NCBI GenBank assembly: GCA_965655095.1
Contig: OZ296659.1
Coordinates: forward strand, 35,278,001 to 35,342,000
Direction: 5' to 3'
DNA from: Haplodiscus bocki
Lineage: Eukaryota
DNA: 64,000 bases
Shown here: positions 24,341 to 37,100 of the stretch, piece after piece
Position numbering within the stretch: position 1 is the stretch's first letter
Layout of the letters: each line of letters starts with the position of its first letter
The notes under the pieces: generated by a model
Databases searched by the model: none
What the model was told of the DNA's origin: nothing
The model's input: only the letters and a program-made list of their open reading frames with translations
Made by a program: the position numbers and the translations under genes

Positions 24341-25199
24341 GGTTCAAAATTGTTTTAACCTTGGAGTTCTCAAAATAGTTGATATTAGATAAGAAGCTAA
24401 AATGCCGTGTTTAATTTTCTCGTTTGTGAATTACTTGAAATCAGACGTAAGAAACTCATCATTTTGGTGAAACAAATATGCACAACTTTTATAATCTGAG
24501 TTGAACTTTGTCACGTCAATTTTACACTATTATGAGATGTCAGCGGACAATTGTGATAACTGATAGACACGACGGGAGACTTCCTGAACGGAGTTTCGCA
24601 ACTCTGTTGATTGAAAGGGCTAATTCAGGTGACCTAATGGAGACAAGTACCCGCGACTTTGTCTGATTTTGAAAGCTTGATCCGGAATGGCGCATTTTCG
24701 AGTCACACCCTTTTCCACAGGCGAAAGTTTCATAGAGCACATTTCGGAACGAGAAAACAAACAAGGACGTGAGAAACGTCTCAAAAACGCGTGTTATCGT
24801 TTTTCTTAAACCACTAAAGCCTATGATGATGTTCAGTAAATGATTTCTTCCAATTGGCTTTGACATCAACGGTATTGAAGTACAATCGTGCATAAAGTTT
24901 CAAGAAAAATCAGTCGTATCTATGCATTTTTCGGTTTCTGTATTTGAAACGGAACTTGGAGTGGGTGATTTCACTCAGCCTGCACACACACACACTATTA
25001 GAGCTAGTTATGTTAATAAACCGCAAAGGCATGACGAGAAACATTAACGAGAGTTGACGAAGTGTTTTATGAACTACCGGGACTTAATACTGCTCAAAAT
25101 TCTTCATTTGCTTCACAAGTGAGAGCGTGGAGTTGAAGTCAAATCGAATGAGATCATGTTTGATGGAATTTAGAGCAAAAACTGTTTATCGGTTAGTTG

Positions 25200-28000
25200 G
25201 AGCAGCTTCATATCTGAAAGTCAAAGATTCGTCTCCCGTAAGGAACGGCATTTAATTTTTTGAGAACGAACGGAGGTAAACTAATTTTTCCTCTATTTTC
25301 AAAAAACAAAAGGATACAGTCAAAGCCAAAGTTCCATTTTCAACCTCGTTGAGGGCGACTAAGGAGCCATGTCCACTTCTAGTATATGCTTTGGAGTCAA
25401 GAATAAAACACCTAATTGTGCAACTGGAACGACTTGTTGCGTTCTTGTCCAGAACTTCTTGATAATCTAAGGATATAAGCCACACTCGTCGTTGAACTCT
25501 GTGGAGCAGAAATCGAGGAAGTTTTCGATCGAACTTCTCACAAAGTCGTCATGAATATCGGCCATTTTCATCACCAACATATGCATTTAACGTGTAACCA
25601 TGATACTGTGATAGTTCTTGTTGCATGTAAAAGTTCTTTTGAAGAAGTGACTTTCTGACATGAACAGGGCTGAAACGACCCGAAGTTTTTAACCGAAGTT
25701 AATTGACAGAGTGCCTGAAGTCGATGGATTGAGACGCCTACAGGGTACTTTAAAGCCATATTTATTACGAAACTTTCGATCTTTCACTCACATTTCCAAT
25801 CTGTCCCCCACAAGCATTCCCTCACGTTTTCTCATTTCCTCCAATCCTTCCCAGGTCTGTTAATGTCTGGACTGGTAATTTCAGTTCGTCCAAGGCAAAG
25901 TCAGCGTTTGTGTTGATGAGAAAAGGTCAGAAGATACTTGGTGCCAAGTAAGCGAAACAGGTTTCGAGATCATGTCCTCTGAGATTATCGCAGCAACGAA
26001 GAGGTTGCTAGTTTACTTCAAACTCACATGCTAGTTTCAGCTCCGTAATGCTTTGTCAATCGCAATTTTTTGATTTTCAACGCCGTTATGAAAATTTTTA
26101 CAGTTTATCAGCTTCCCCTAAGTACAATTGATGCATAGCTATTGGGGCTGTCAAGAGTATATTCGGTAGCAGGACAGAAAACTTCCCCCCTCCAGGAACT
26201 CTTGTCACCCCTTGAAATAATTTCTTTTCAAATGTTTTGCATCATCCTGAATGTCTTCTCCGCCTTCTGCGTTAAATTCTTATGTTCGGATGGGATCTTC
26301 GTGTGAAAGATAATGTACGGCGGTAAACATATGCTTCTAATGCACGACATCGTTGCATAAAACAGATAATTTAGCCATAATAGCCGTTGTACTATCTCAA
26401 ATTAAGCAACCTTGCTTCGGCAGTTAAGTCAGCAATAATCAGGATTGGCAGGAATGCAAATTTATAGGTCTTCGTTGCCGATTGTAGTGTGTAGCTTCCG
26501 AGATCTGTTCAATAAGTGATCGAACACTTCTGAAAGTCTGGTTTTCCACTACCAAAGAACAAGGAACAAAGAGTAATACTTATCAATGCAGCGCGTTTCC
26601 TGGGTAGGAGATCCGCAATAGCTGCACAATAAAGACCAAGCGCTCAATTCAATCAGAGACATTCAATCAGTTGACACCCGTCAGACTTCGAAAAAGAGAG
26701 TCCTAGTCCAGCAGCGGTAGCTACTTCAAGTTAACAACTTCACATTTAAGAAACTCCAGAAAGCATACAAGTTGCTCTCAACGGTGACTAACAGTATTTT
26801 CTGGAAATTCAGTCAGGTGAAGTCACCGTTCTCTTTTTGTTTAAAGCAGTACATGGGTTGATTTCTTGACTGGATTCATCAAGATTCCTGGGATACTTCG
26901 AAATATAATCAATCTTTTCTCAGTACGATGTCAAAGAATAGTTCGTCTCGACTACAATGTTTCGAGATAACCCCCAGAAGGCTGTGTGGAGTTAGCAGTG
27001 CTATCGACTAACCCACGAAAAACGCTTGGCACTTTGAATTCAAGAATTTTTGGTTGCAGCCCTATTACTGGAGGTAAATTCAGACTCACATGCATCGAAC
27101 GACGCTTGCTATTCACCAAGAACAGACGATTCAGGCTCAAAGTCTGTGTCATTTTCCACTTCAGATAGCTTTGGAATGGCGGTTCTCTGAAATCGGGGTC
27201 AACACATTCCGAAGGAATGCTTCGAATGCCGCGAGCGTCCTTTTCATTCGACTTAAGGCTATCACTGCGTTCGCGAGAGTATTCGGAAGCCTAATTGGAA
27301 TTTGTGAAATGGAATGGACTTTCGGACACTAGCAATTTTTTTTATCTTCAGCAAAACTGTCTGGCCCATCGAAAACAGTTATTTCTTCGGCTGGTAGAAT
27401 TTAATCCTGCACCTTCAGACTCACGCAAAGACAACGTACATATGGACGTACGCAAGAACGCTATGGATACAATGAGAGCAATAAAATCTAAGTCATTGTC
27501 TCTCAACATTACCGACAATTGAATCACTGAACTCTGTTGAACAACTTTTTCTCGCAGGAGGCCAATTGGGAACTTCAGTGTGCCTCTCTTGTTAACATGT
27601 TGAGACCCATTGAACAGTCCGACTTCGGTTCGATTTTGGAACCCATGGCTTCAGTTTATCTGTATACGTCTTCAACCACCTGCGTTTTTTGCTGTCTCCG
27701 TTCAGAACAAATTTTTCCAACGAGTTTTCGAGGAGACTCTAGTTCAATCACTGGTTCTGGCTGTTCGATAAAACGTCGAACATTTTATTTCTTTAGATCT
27801 ATCCGTCTATATGAAGAAGACCTGTAAAGTCAACTGAAGCTCTCAATAAGGAATGACCATCAAATCGGCACAGCTTGGGAACTCAAATCGTTCTGAAATA
27901 GCACTACTACGCTCACACAATAAGAAACCAGATCTTTCTGGAGAGATTAGTCATGGAAGTACTCGTCACTCCGCTTGCATCTTGCAAACCATCCTTGTGA
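25200..28000 (-). mobile_element. Highly degenerate Ty3/Gypsy-like LTR retrotransposon internal region (gag-RT-RNaseH-IN order)
   Basis: By-eye remnants in the expected order: possible knuckle NCFR.. (about 27370); RT-like KIDYISKY..LDESSQEI (about 26900); W....EVFDHL (about 26530); IN-like IVLRGS, LTWHQVSSDLF, INMALKYP, ENG...RFVRS (26.1-25.5 kb). LTRs were not identified. Confidence 0.45.
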
Positions 28001-28117
28001 TGCGCTCATAAATTGAGTGTGCCTACGAAATCATCGAATTTTGACTCTGATGTCTCTAAAGTTTCTGCTTTCACTCATTCAACCATTATTTTATCAGAAC
28101 TGATGAGGTTTTTGAGG

Positions 28118-31100
28118 TCTATGCCCGCAAGTGTTAACTATCACCCAGAGGCTCACATGCACTTCTGCGCACACGTGTGCTTGACGAAACGGAGTTACTC
28201 TAGTGATCTCGACTCCACTCGTTTTTTTTCTGGACAGATATATCCAAAAAGTTTAATGTGTTGGGTATTTGAGACAAACTACAGGCATTTTCCTTTTCAA
28301 CAGTGACTCCTTCTTAGTCATCATAGCAATTTTTGTGAGCTGTTTCTGCACTCTTGAGCTGCTTCGTGGACTTTTGAGACAGGAGGAAGAACGCTGACAT
28401 GAGCCGATTTCGATACGGGATTTTTGTTCTCAGGAAGAAATACTGAAGTTGTAAACTTACTGAAGCTTTCGCGTGAAGTTCTGGTCAGTCCATTTCCTGG
28501 ATCAAAGCCCAAAAATAGATACACGATTAGAAGGGCTAACGTCTGAAAGCATCAACACCCTCTGCATCTGCTTTTGATCTCCCACCTTTTCTTGCAGATT
28601 CTTTCATGCAATCAGGAAGTCCCTCATTTCCCCAAATTGTCACTCTGAGGTACGTCCAATATTTTTCTTTGTTGCAACCAATGCAGCTTTTTTCTGGATT
28701 CTTGACTTTTCGGAAACTTCCATCGCTCGCCGTGGTCTCCTCCAATTCTGAATCAAGCTTGTGCTCTGACCTTTCGCTTTGTTTTCCGGCGGCATGTTTG
28801 AGGTAAATCGATGCGGTTTCATTCAAACACGAATTGCGTCGACTTCCTATAGAACTTCCTACCAGTTAATGAGAAGAAATGGAACCTGCCTTAACTTCAG
28901 GTAACTCAGAGCTAACACACAATGGTATAGCCGTACTATAATTTTAGCTAACAATTGACTTGAGTGATACAACTTGTTTTTGTAAATCGTCATTCTAGGA
29001 CTGCAAGACGTCTTTGTATTTTGTCAACGAGGACACAAAATGTAGCCCGGGTTCGTGGAACTTTTCGGCTAACTCAATATAAATCTTCAGCGCTGGCGAA
29101 AATCGAAGCTGATTGGGTTGTGCACCCTATTTTTTCCCTTTATGCCAAAAAATCAATCTGAGTCGTTCTTTTTCTGACTCAGGAATCAAATATTTGACTT
29201 CACTGGAAACAACAATGTTCGCAGATACCCTTCGTGCGTTCCTTTTTTTAATTGGGAATGCTTGGGGCAATATCTTAATGTCTGAGATAAATGCCTGCAA
29301 CCTCTTTGCCCGCAAGTATTAACTATCACCCAGAGGCTCACATGCACTTCTGCGCACAGGTGTGCCTGATGAAACGGAGTTACTCCAGCGATCATGTCTC
29401 CACTCGCTTTTTTTCCGGACAGATACATCCAAAAACTTTGATGTGTTGGGTATTTGAGACAAAACTACAGGCGTTTTTAACAGTGACTCTTTTTTAGTCA
29501 TCAAAGCAACTTGCGAGCTGTTTCCGAAGATTTCTTTCATAATCTTTTCTCCGCCTTTATCGGAGAATATCGTTGATCATGATGAAACATCAATGTGTCA
29601 TTTTTTGACAGTGCCTTCCTGCAAAGAGATCTGTTGCCAACAACTTCAGCAACAGAGCAGTCGGGGGCTAAAAATAACCAGTCATTCCGACTGAAAAACA
29701 CCAGATTCTTTTTGATAACTGTATTCAAAGCGAAAGAAGTTCATCTGCATTGGAAAATACATTTTTTTTATCTTGTAACTTTATTGAAAAGAAAATTTGA
29801 GAAGCTTTATAAAAGTTGATACAAACATTGAGTTCGTGGAACTTGCTGCCAAAATTAATGACAAAATAGAAATTATTTTCTATAACTGCTTCATTAGGTG
29901 AATGCAATCAAGGAACTATCAAAAACATCAGAAGCAAAATCATCAACTCCGGAGCCAAAGTCCCCGTTTCCATTTCTTCCTCTTGTGTTGCTAATTGTAT
30001 CTCTCCTTGCTTTGTTGACTGCTCTTTTGGCTTCCAGGATACAGTTCTTCAAATATATTTCAGGAAAGTTGTTTTGTATTTCACATGATGAGTAAAAATG
30101 CTGCTACTTTTTTTTCGGTTAGAATTTGGAAACTGATCTTCGAAAAAGTAGCGCTTTTGCTATTAACGCAAATACTAACACTTACCAGCCAAAGATCTCG
30201 AAGTCGTTTTTGAGTGTTTTTCACAATATCGTTCTGTTGACTTCTTAACGTGCGTTTTTGAGACTGAAGGAAAAACGTGGACATCAGCCGGTTTCTATTC
30301 GGCAGTTTTGTTTTCAGTAAGAAATACTGCAAGATTACACTTCTTGAAGCCTTCGCTTGAAGTTCGTTCAGTGCACTTCCCTGTTAAAAGGATAAGAATA
30401 GCTACACGATTACAACGGCTAACGTATGAAGGCATCAACCCACTGCATCTGCTTGTGGTCTCACGGCTTTTCTTTCAGAATCAAAAATGCAATCAGGGAA
30501 TCCCTATTTTCCCCAATTGCCACTCTGAGGTACCTCCAATACTTCTCTTCATTGCAACATTTGCAGCTTTTTTCTTGAGTCGTGGCTTTTCAGAAACTTC
30601 GGTCCCTCGGCATGGGCACCTCCAATTCTGAATCAACCTTGGGCTCTGACTTCTCGTTTTGCTTCCCGGCAGCATCTTTAAGCTAAATTGATGCAGCTTC
30701 TTTCAAACACAAATTGCATTGAGTTCCTATAGAAGCTCCAAGCAGTTATTGAGAAAAAATGGACCCTTGCTTAAACTTCAGGTAACTCGGAGCTAACATA
30801 TAATGGTATGGATGTTCTATAATTTTCGCTAACAAGTGGCTCGAGCGAAACAACTTGTTCTTGTAAACTGTCATTCTGGGACTGCAAGACGTCTACGTTG
30901 TGCACCTTATTTCTTTCACTTTATGCCAAAAATCAATCTTAATGTTTATTTAATGTTTGATTGCACCGGAAACCACAATGTTGGCACATACCTTTCGTTT
31001 TTTCAATTGGGGAGGCTTGGGGTAGTATCTTATCGTCTGATACAAATTACTGGAACTTTTGTGTCCGTATGTATCAACTATCACCCAGAGGCTCACTTGA

Positions 31101-34100
31101 ACTTCTGCGCACAGGTTTGCTTGTTGAAACGGGGTTTGAATTTAAGGATCGCGACTCTTTTCTTTTTCCGGACGGATACATATAAAAAGTTTGACGGGTT
31201 GGGTATTTGAGACAAAACTAGTCATTTTTTGATAGTGACTCTCTTTTAGTCATCAAAGCAACTTTTGCGAGCTGTTTCTGAAAACTTCATTCCACATCCT
31301 TTTCCGCATTTATCAGAGAAATTCGTTGATCATGATGAAACATCAATGTCTCATTTTTCGACAGTGCCTTTTTGCAAAGAGATCTGTTGCCATCAACTTC
31401 AGCAAGAGAGCAGTCGGGTGTCAAAATTAAGCAGGCACTCCGACTGAAAGACATGTGATTCTTTTTGATAACTGTATTCAAAACTATAGAAATTCAGCTG
31501 CATTGAAAAATACATTTTCTCTCACATAACTTTATTGAATGGAAACTTCGGGAAGCTATATGAAAGTTAATACAAACATTGAATTCGTGAAACTTGCTGC
31601 CAAGGTAATGATAACATAAAATTGAAAGTTTATAACTGATTCAATAGGTGAATGCAATCAAGGAATTCATTAATAATATCAGAGAAAAAATCATCAACTT
31701 CGAAACAGAATCCCCGTCTCCATTTCATCCTGTTTGTTGATTATTGTATCTGTCTTTGCTTTGTTGACTGCTCTTCTGTTCTTGAAGAAAGAGTTCTTGA
31801 ATTGTGGATAAGGAGACTTGTTTTTAATTTCACCTGAAGAGTGGAATTTCTACTACATATATTTTGGTTAGATTTTGGAAACTGATCTCCAAAAAAATAT
31901 CGTTTTGGAGATTAACGGAATTACTAACAACTACAGCGAAATGTTTCGAAGTCGTTTTCAAGGGTTTTCCATTATACTACTCTACTGACTTCAGAACGTG
32001 CATCTTTGAGACAGGAGGAAAAACGTAGACATGACCCGGTTTCGATACGGCATTTTTGTTTTCAGGAAGAAATACTGAAGGTGTAATCTTACTGAAGCTT
32101 TCGCCTGAAGTTTTGTTCAGTCCATTTCCCGGCTGAAATCCCAAGAATAACTTCACGATTAGAAGGGCTAACGTCTGAAGGCATCAACACCCTCTGCATC
32201 TGCTGGTGGTCTCCCGCCTTGTCCTTCAGAATCTTTCAAGCATTCAGGGAGTCCCCCAAATTGCCACTCTGAAGTACCTCCAATACTTCTCTTTATTCCA
32301 AGCATTGCAGCTTTTTGCTGGAGTTTTGCCTTTTCAGAAACTTCCATGGCTCGCCATGGGCTCCTCCAATTCTCAATCAACCTTGTGCTCTGACCTTTTG
32401 TTTCGCTTTCCGTCGGAATCTTTGAGGTAAATTGATGCGGCTTCATTCAAACACGAATTGAATTGCATCGACTTCCTATAGAACCTCCTACCAGTGACTT
32501 ACAAGAAGTGGAACCTTGCCTAAACTTCAGGTAACTCAAAGCTAACACACAGTGGTATAGACGTACTATAATTTTCGCTAACAAGTGACTTGAGTGAAAC
32601 ACCTTTTTTTGTAAATCGTCATTCTGGGACTGCAAGACGTCTTTGTATTTTGTCATCGAGGACACAAAATGTAGCCCGGATTCGTGGAACTTTTCTGCTA
32701 ACTCAATATAAATCTTCAGCGCTGGCGAAAATCGAAGCTGATTGGGTTGTGCACCCTATTTTTTCCCTTTATGCCAAAAAATCAATCTGAGTCGTTCTTT
32801 TTCTGACTCAGGAAACGAATATTTGACTTCACTGGAAACAACAATGTTCGCAGATACCCTTCGTGCGTTCCTTTTTTTAATTGGGAATGCTTGGGGCAAT
32901 ATCTTAATGTCTGAGATAAATGCCTGCAACCTCTTTGCCCGCAAGTATTAACTATCACCCAGAGGCTCACATGCACTTCTGCGCACAGGTGTGCTTGATG
33001 AAACGGAGTTACTCTAGCGATCATGTCTCCACTCGCTTTTTTTCCGGACAGATACATTCAAAAACTTTGATGTGTTGGCTATTTGAGACGAAACTACAAG
33101 CAATTTTAACAGTGACTCTTTTTTAGTCATCGAAGCAAATTTTGCGTGCTTTTTCTGAAGAATTCATTCTAAATCTTTTTCCGCTTTTATCATAGAGACT
33201 CGTTGATCATGATGAAACATCAATGTCTCATGATTTGACAGTGCTTTTTGGCGAAGGGATCTGTTGCCGTCAACTTCACCAAGAGAGCGGTCGGGGGACA
33301 AAAATAACCAGTCACTCCGACTGAAAAACACGTGATTCTTTTTAATAACTGTATTCAAAGCTATAGAAAATCATCTGCATTGGAAAATACTGTTTCTTAT
33401 CACGTAACTTTAGTGAAAATAGTTTTCGAGAAGTTATATAAAAGTTATTACAAACATTGAGTTCGTGAAACTTGCTGCCAAAATAATGACAACATAAAAG
33501 TAAAACTTTATAGCTGATTCATTAGGTGAATGCAATCAACGACTTAATTGATAACATCAGAATAAAAATCATCAACTTCGGATAGAAAATCCCCGTCTCC
33601 ATTTCATTCTGTTGTGTTGCTAATTGAATATGTCCTTGCTTTGTTGACTGCTCTTCTATTTTTGGAGAAAGAGTTCTGGAACTTGTGATAGGGAAACTTG
33701 TATTGCACCCGAAGAGTGAAATTTCTGCTACTTATTTTTGAGTTAGATTTTGGAAACTGATCTCCAAAAATATAGCGTTTTAAAGATTAACGGAATTACT
33801 AACAACTACTAGCGAAATTTCTCGAAGTCGTTTTCGAGCGTTCTTCAATATACCATTCTGCTGACTTCAGAACGTGCATTTTTGAGACAGGAGGAAAAAC
33901 GTAGACATGAGCCGGTTGCGATACGGGATTTTTGTTTTCAGGAAGAAATACCGACGTTGTAAACTTACTGAAACTTTCGCTTGAAGTTCTGTTCCGTCCA
34001 TTTCCTGGATCAAAGCCCAAGAATAGATACACCATCAGAAAGGCTAACGTCTGAAGGCATCAAGACCCTCTGCATCTATTTTGATCTCCCACCTTTTCTT

Positions 34101-37100
34101 TCACAGAATCTTTCATGCAATCAGGGGAGTCCCTCATTTCCCCAAATTGCCACTCTGAGGTACCTTCATTACTTCTCTTTGTTGCGACAAATGCGGCTTT
34201 TTTCTGGAATCTTGCCTTTTCAGAAACTTCCATCGCTCGCCATGGGCTCCTCCAATTCTAAATCAAGCTTGTGCTCTGACATTTCGCTTTGCTTTCCGGC
34301 GGCATCTTTGAGGTAAATCGATGCGGTTTCATTCAAACACGAATTGCATCGACTTCCTAAAGAACTTCCTACCAGTTAATGAGAAGAAATGGAACCTGCC
34401 TAAACTTCAGGTAACTCAGAGCTAACACACAAGGGTATAGACGTACTATAATTTTCGCTAACAAGTGATTTGAGTGAAACAACTTGTTTTTGTAAATCGT
34501 CATTCTGGGACTGCAAGACGTTTTTATATTTTGTCAACAAGGACACAATTTGTAGCCCGGACTGTTGGATGTTTTCTGCTAACTCAATATATATTTGGAG
34601 CACTAGCGAAAATCCAAGCTGATTGGGTTGTGCACCCTATTTTTCTCACTTTATGCTAAAAATTCAATCTGAGTCGTTATTTTTCTAACTCAGGAATCAA
34701 ACTTTTGATTTCACCCGAAACAACACTGATCGCACATACCTTTCGTGTGTTCGTTTTTTCAATTAGGAAGGCTTGGGACAAGATCTTAATGTCTGAGACA
34801 AATGCCTGCAACTTCTATGCCTGCAAGTATTAACTATCACCGATAGGCTCACATGCACTTCTGCGCACAGGTGTGCTTGATGAAGCGGATTTTGACTCTA
34901 GGTATCACGACTTTGCTCGCTTTCTTTTTCCGGACTGATACATCCGAAAAGTTTGATGTGTTGGGTATTTGAGACAAAACTGCAAGCATTTTCCTTTTCA
35001 ACAGTGACTCCTTTTTAGTCCTCAAAGCAACTTCTGCGAGCTGTTTCTGAAGATTTCTTTCCACAACTTTTGCCGCATTTATCGGAGAAACTCATTGATC
35101 ATGATGAAACATCAATGTCTCATATTTTGACAGTGCCTTTTTGCAAAGAGATCTGTTGCCATCAACTTCAGCGAGAGAGCAGTGGGGGGTCAAAATTAAC
35201 CAGTCACTGCGACTGAAAAACAGCTGATTCTTTTTGATAACTGTATTCAAAACTATAGAAATTCATCTGCATTGGAAAATACATTTTCTTATCACGTAAC
35301 TTTATCGAAAATAAATTTCGAGAACTTATATAAAAGTTCATACAAACATTGAGTTCGTGAAACTTGCTGCCAAAATAATGACAACATAAGATTGAAACTA
35401 TATAGCTGATTCATTAGGTGAATGCAATCAAGGAATTCATTAATGACATCAGAATAAAAATCATCAACTTCAGATACAAATGCCCCGTCTCCATTTCATC
35501 CTGTTGTGTTGCTAATTGAAAATGTCCTTGCTTTGTTGACTGCTCTTCTGTTTTTGAAGAAAGAGTTCTTGGAATGTGGATAAGGGAACTTGTTTTGTGT
35601 TTCACCTGAACAGTGAAAATTCTGCTACTTATTTTTGAGTTAGATTTTGGAAACTGATCTCCCAAAAAATAGCGCTTTAGAGATTAACGGAGTTACTATC
35701 AACTACCAGCAAAATGTCTCGAAATCGTTTTCGAGCGTTGTCCAATATACCACTCTGCTGCCTTCAGAACGTGCATTTTTGAGACAGGAGGAAAAACGTA
35801 GACATGAGCCGGTTTCGATACGGGATTTTTGTTTTCAGGAAGAAATACCGAGGTTGTAAACTTACTGAAGCTTTCGCTTGAAGTTCTGTTCCGTACATTT
35901 CCTGGATCAAAGCCCAAGAATAGATACACCATTAGAAAGGCTAACGTCTGAAGGCATCAACAGCCTCTGCATCTTTTTTGATCTCCCACCTTTTCTTTCA
36001 GAGTCTTTCATGCAATCAAGGAGTCCTTCATTTCCCCAAATTGCCACTCTGAGGTACCTCCAATACTTCTTTGTTGCAACCAATGCAGCTTTTTTTGGAG
36101 TCTTGACTTTTCGGAAACTTCCATCGCTCGCCGTGGTCTCCTCCAATTCTGAATCAAGCTTGTGCTCTGAGCTTTCGCGTCGTTTTCCGGCGGCATCTTT
36201 GAGGTAAATCGATGCGGTTTCATTCAAACACGAATTGCTTCGACTTCCTAAAGAACTTCCTACCAGTTAATGAGAAGAAATGGAACCTGCCTTAACTTCA
36301 GGTAACTCAGAGCTAACGCACAATGGTATAGACGTACTATAGTTTTCGCTAACAAGTGACTTGAGTGAAACAACTTGTTTTTGTAAATCGTCATTCTGGC
36401 ACTGCAAGACGTTTTTATATTTTGTCAACAAGGACACAAGTTGTAGCCCGGACTGTTGGATGTTTTCTGCTAACTCAATAATATTTGGAGCACTAGCGAA
36501 AATCGAGAGAGCAGTGGGGGGTCAAAAATAACCAGTCACTGCGACTGAAAAACAGCTGATTCTTTTTGATAACTGTATTCAAAACTATAGAAATTCATCT
36601 GCATTGGAAAATACATTTTCTTATCACGTAACTTTATCGAAAATAAATTTCGAGAACTTATATAAAAGTTCATACAAACATTGAGTTCGTGAAACTTGCT
36701 GCCAAAATAATGACAATCAGAATAAAAATGCACCCTATTTTTCTCACTTTATGCTAAAAATTCAATCTGAGTCGTTATTTTTCTCACTCAGGAATCAAAC
36801 ATTTGATTTCACCCGAAACAACACTGATCGCACATACCTTTCGTGTGTTCGTTTTTTCAATTAGGAAGGCTTGGGACAAGATCTTAATGTCTGAGACAAA
36901 TGCCTGCAACTTCTATGCCCGCAAGTATTAACTATCACCGATAGGCTCACATGCACTTCTGCGCACAGGTGTGCTTGATGAAGCGGATTTTGACTCTAGG
37001 TATCACGACTTTGCTCGCTTTCTTTTTCCGGACTGATACATCCGAAAAGTTTGATGTGTTGGGTATTTGAGACAAAACTGCAAGCATTTTCCTTTTCAAC

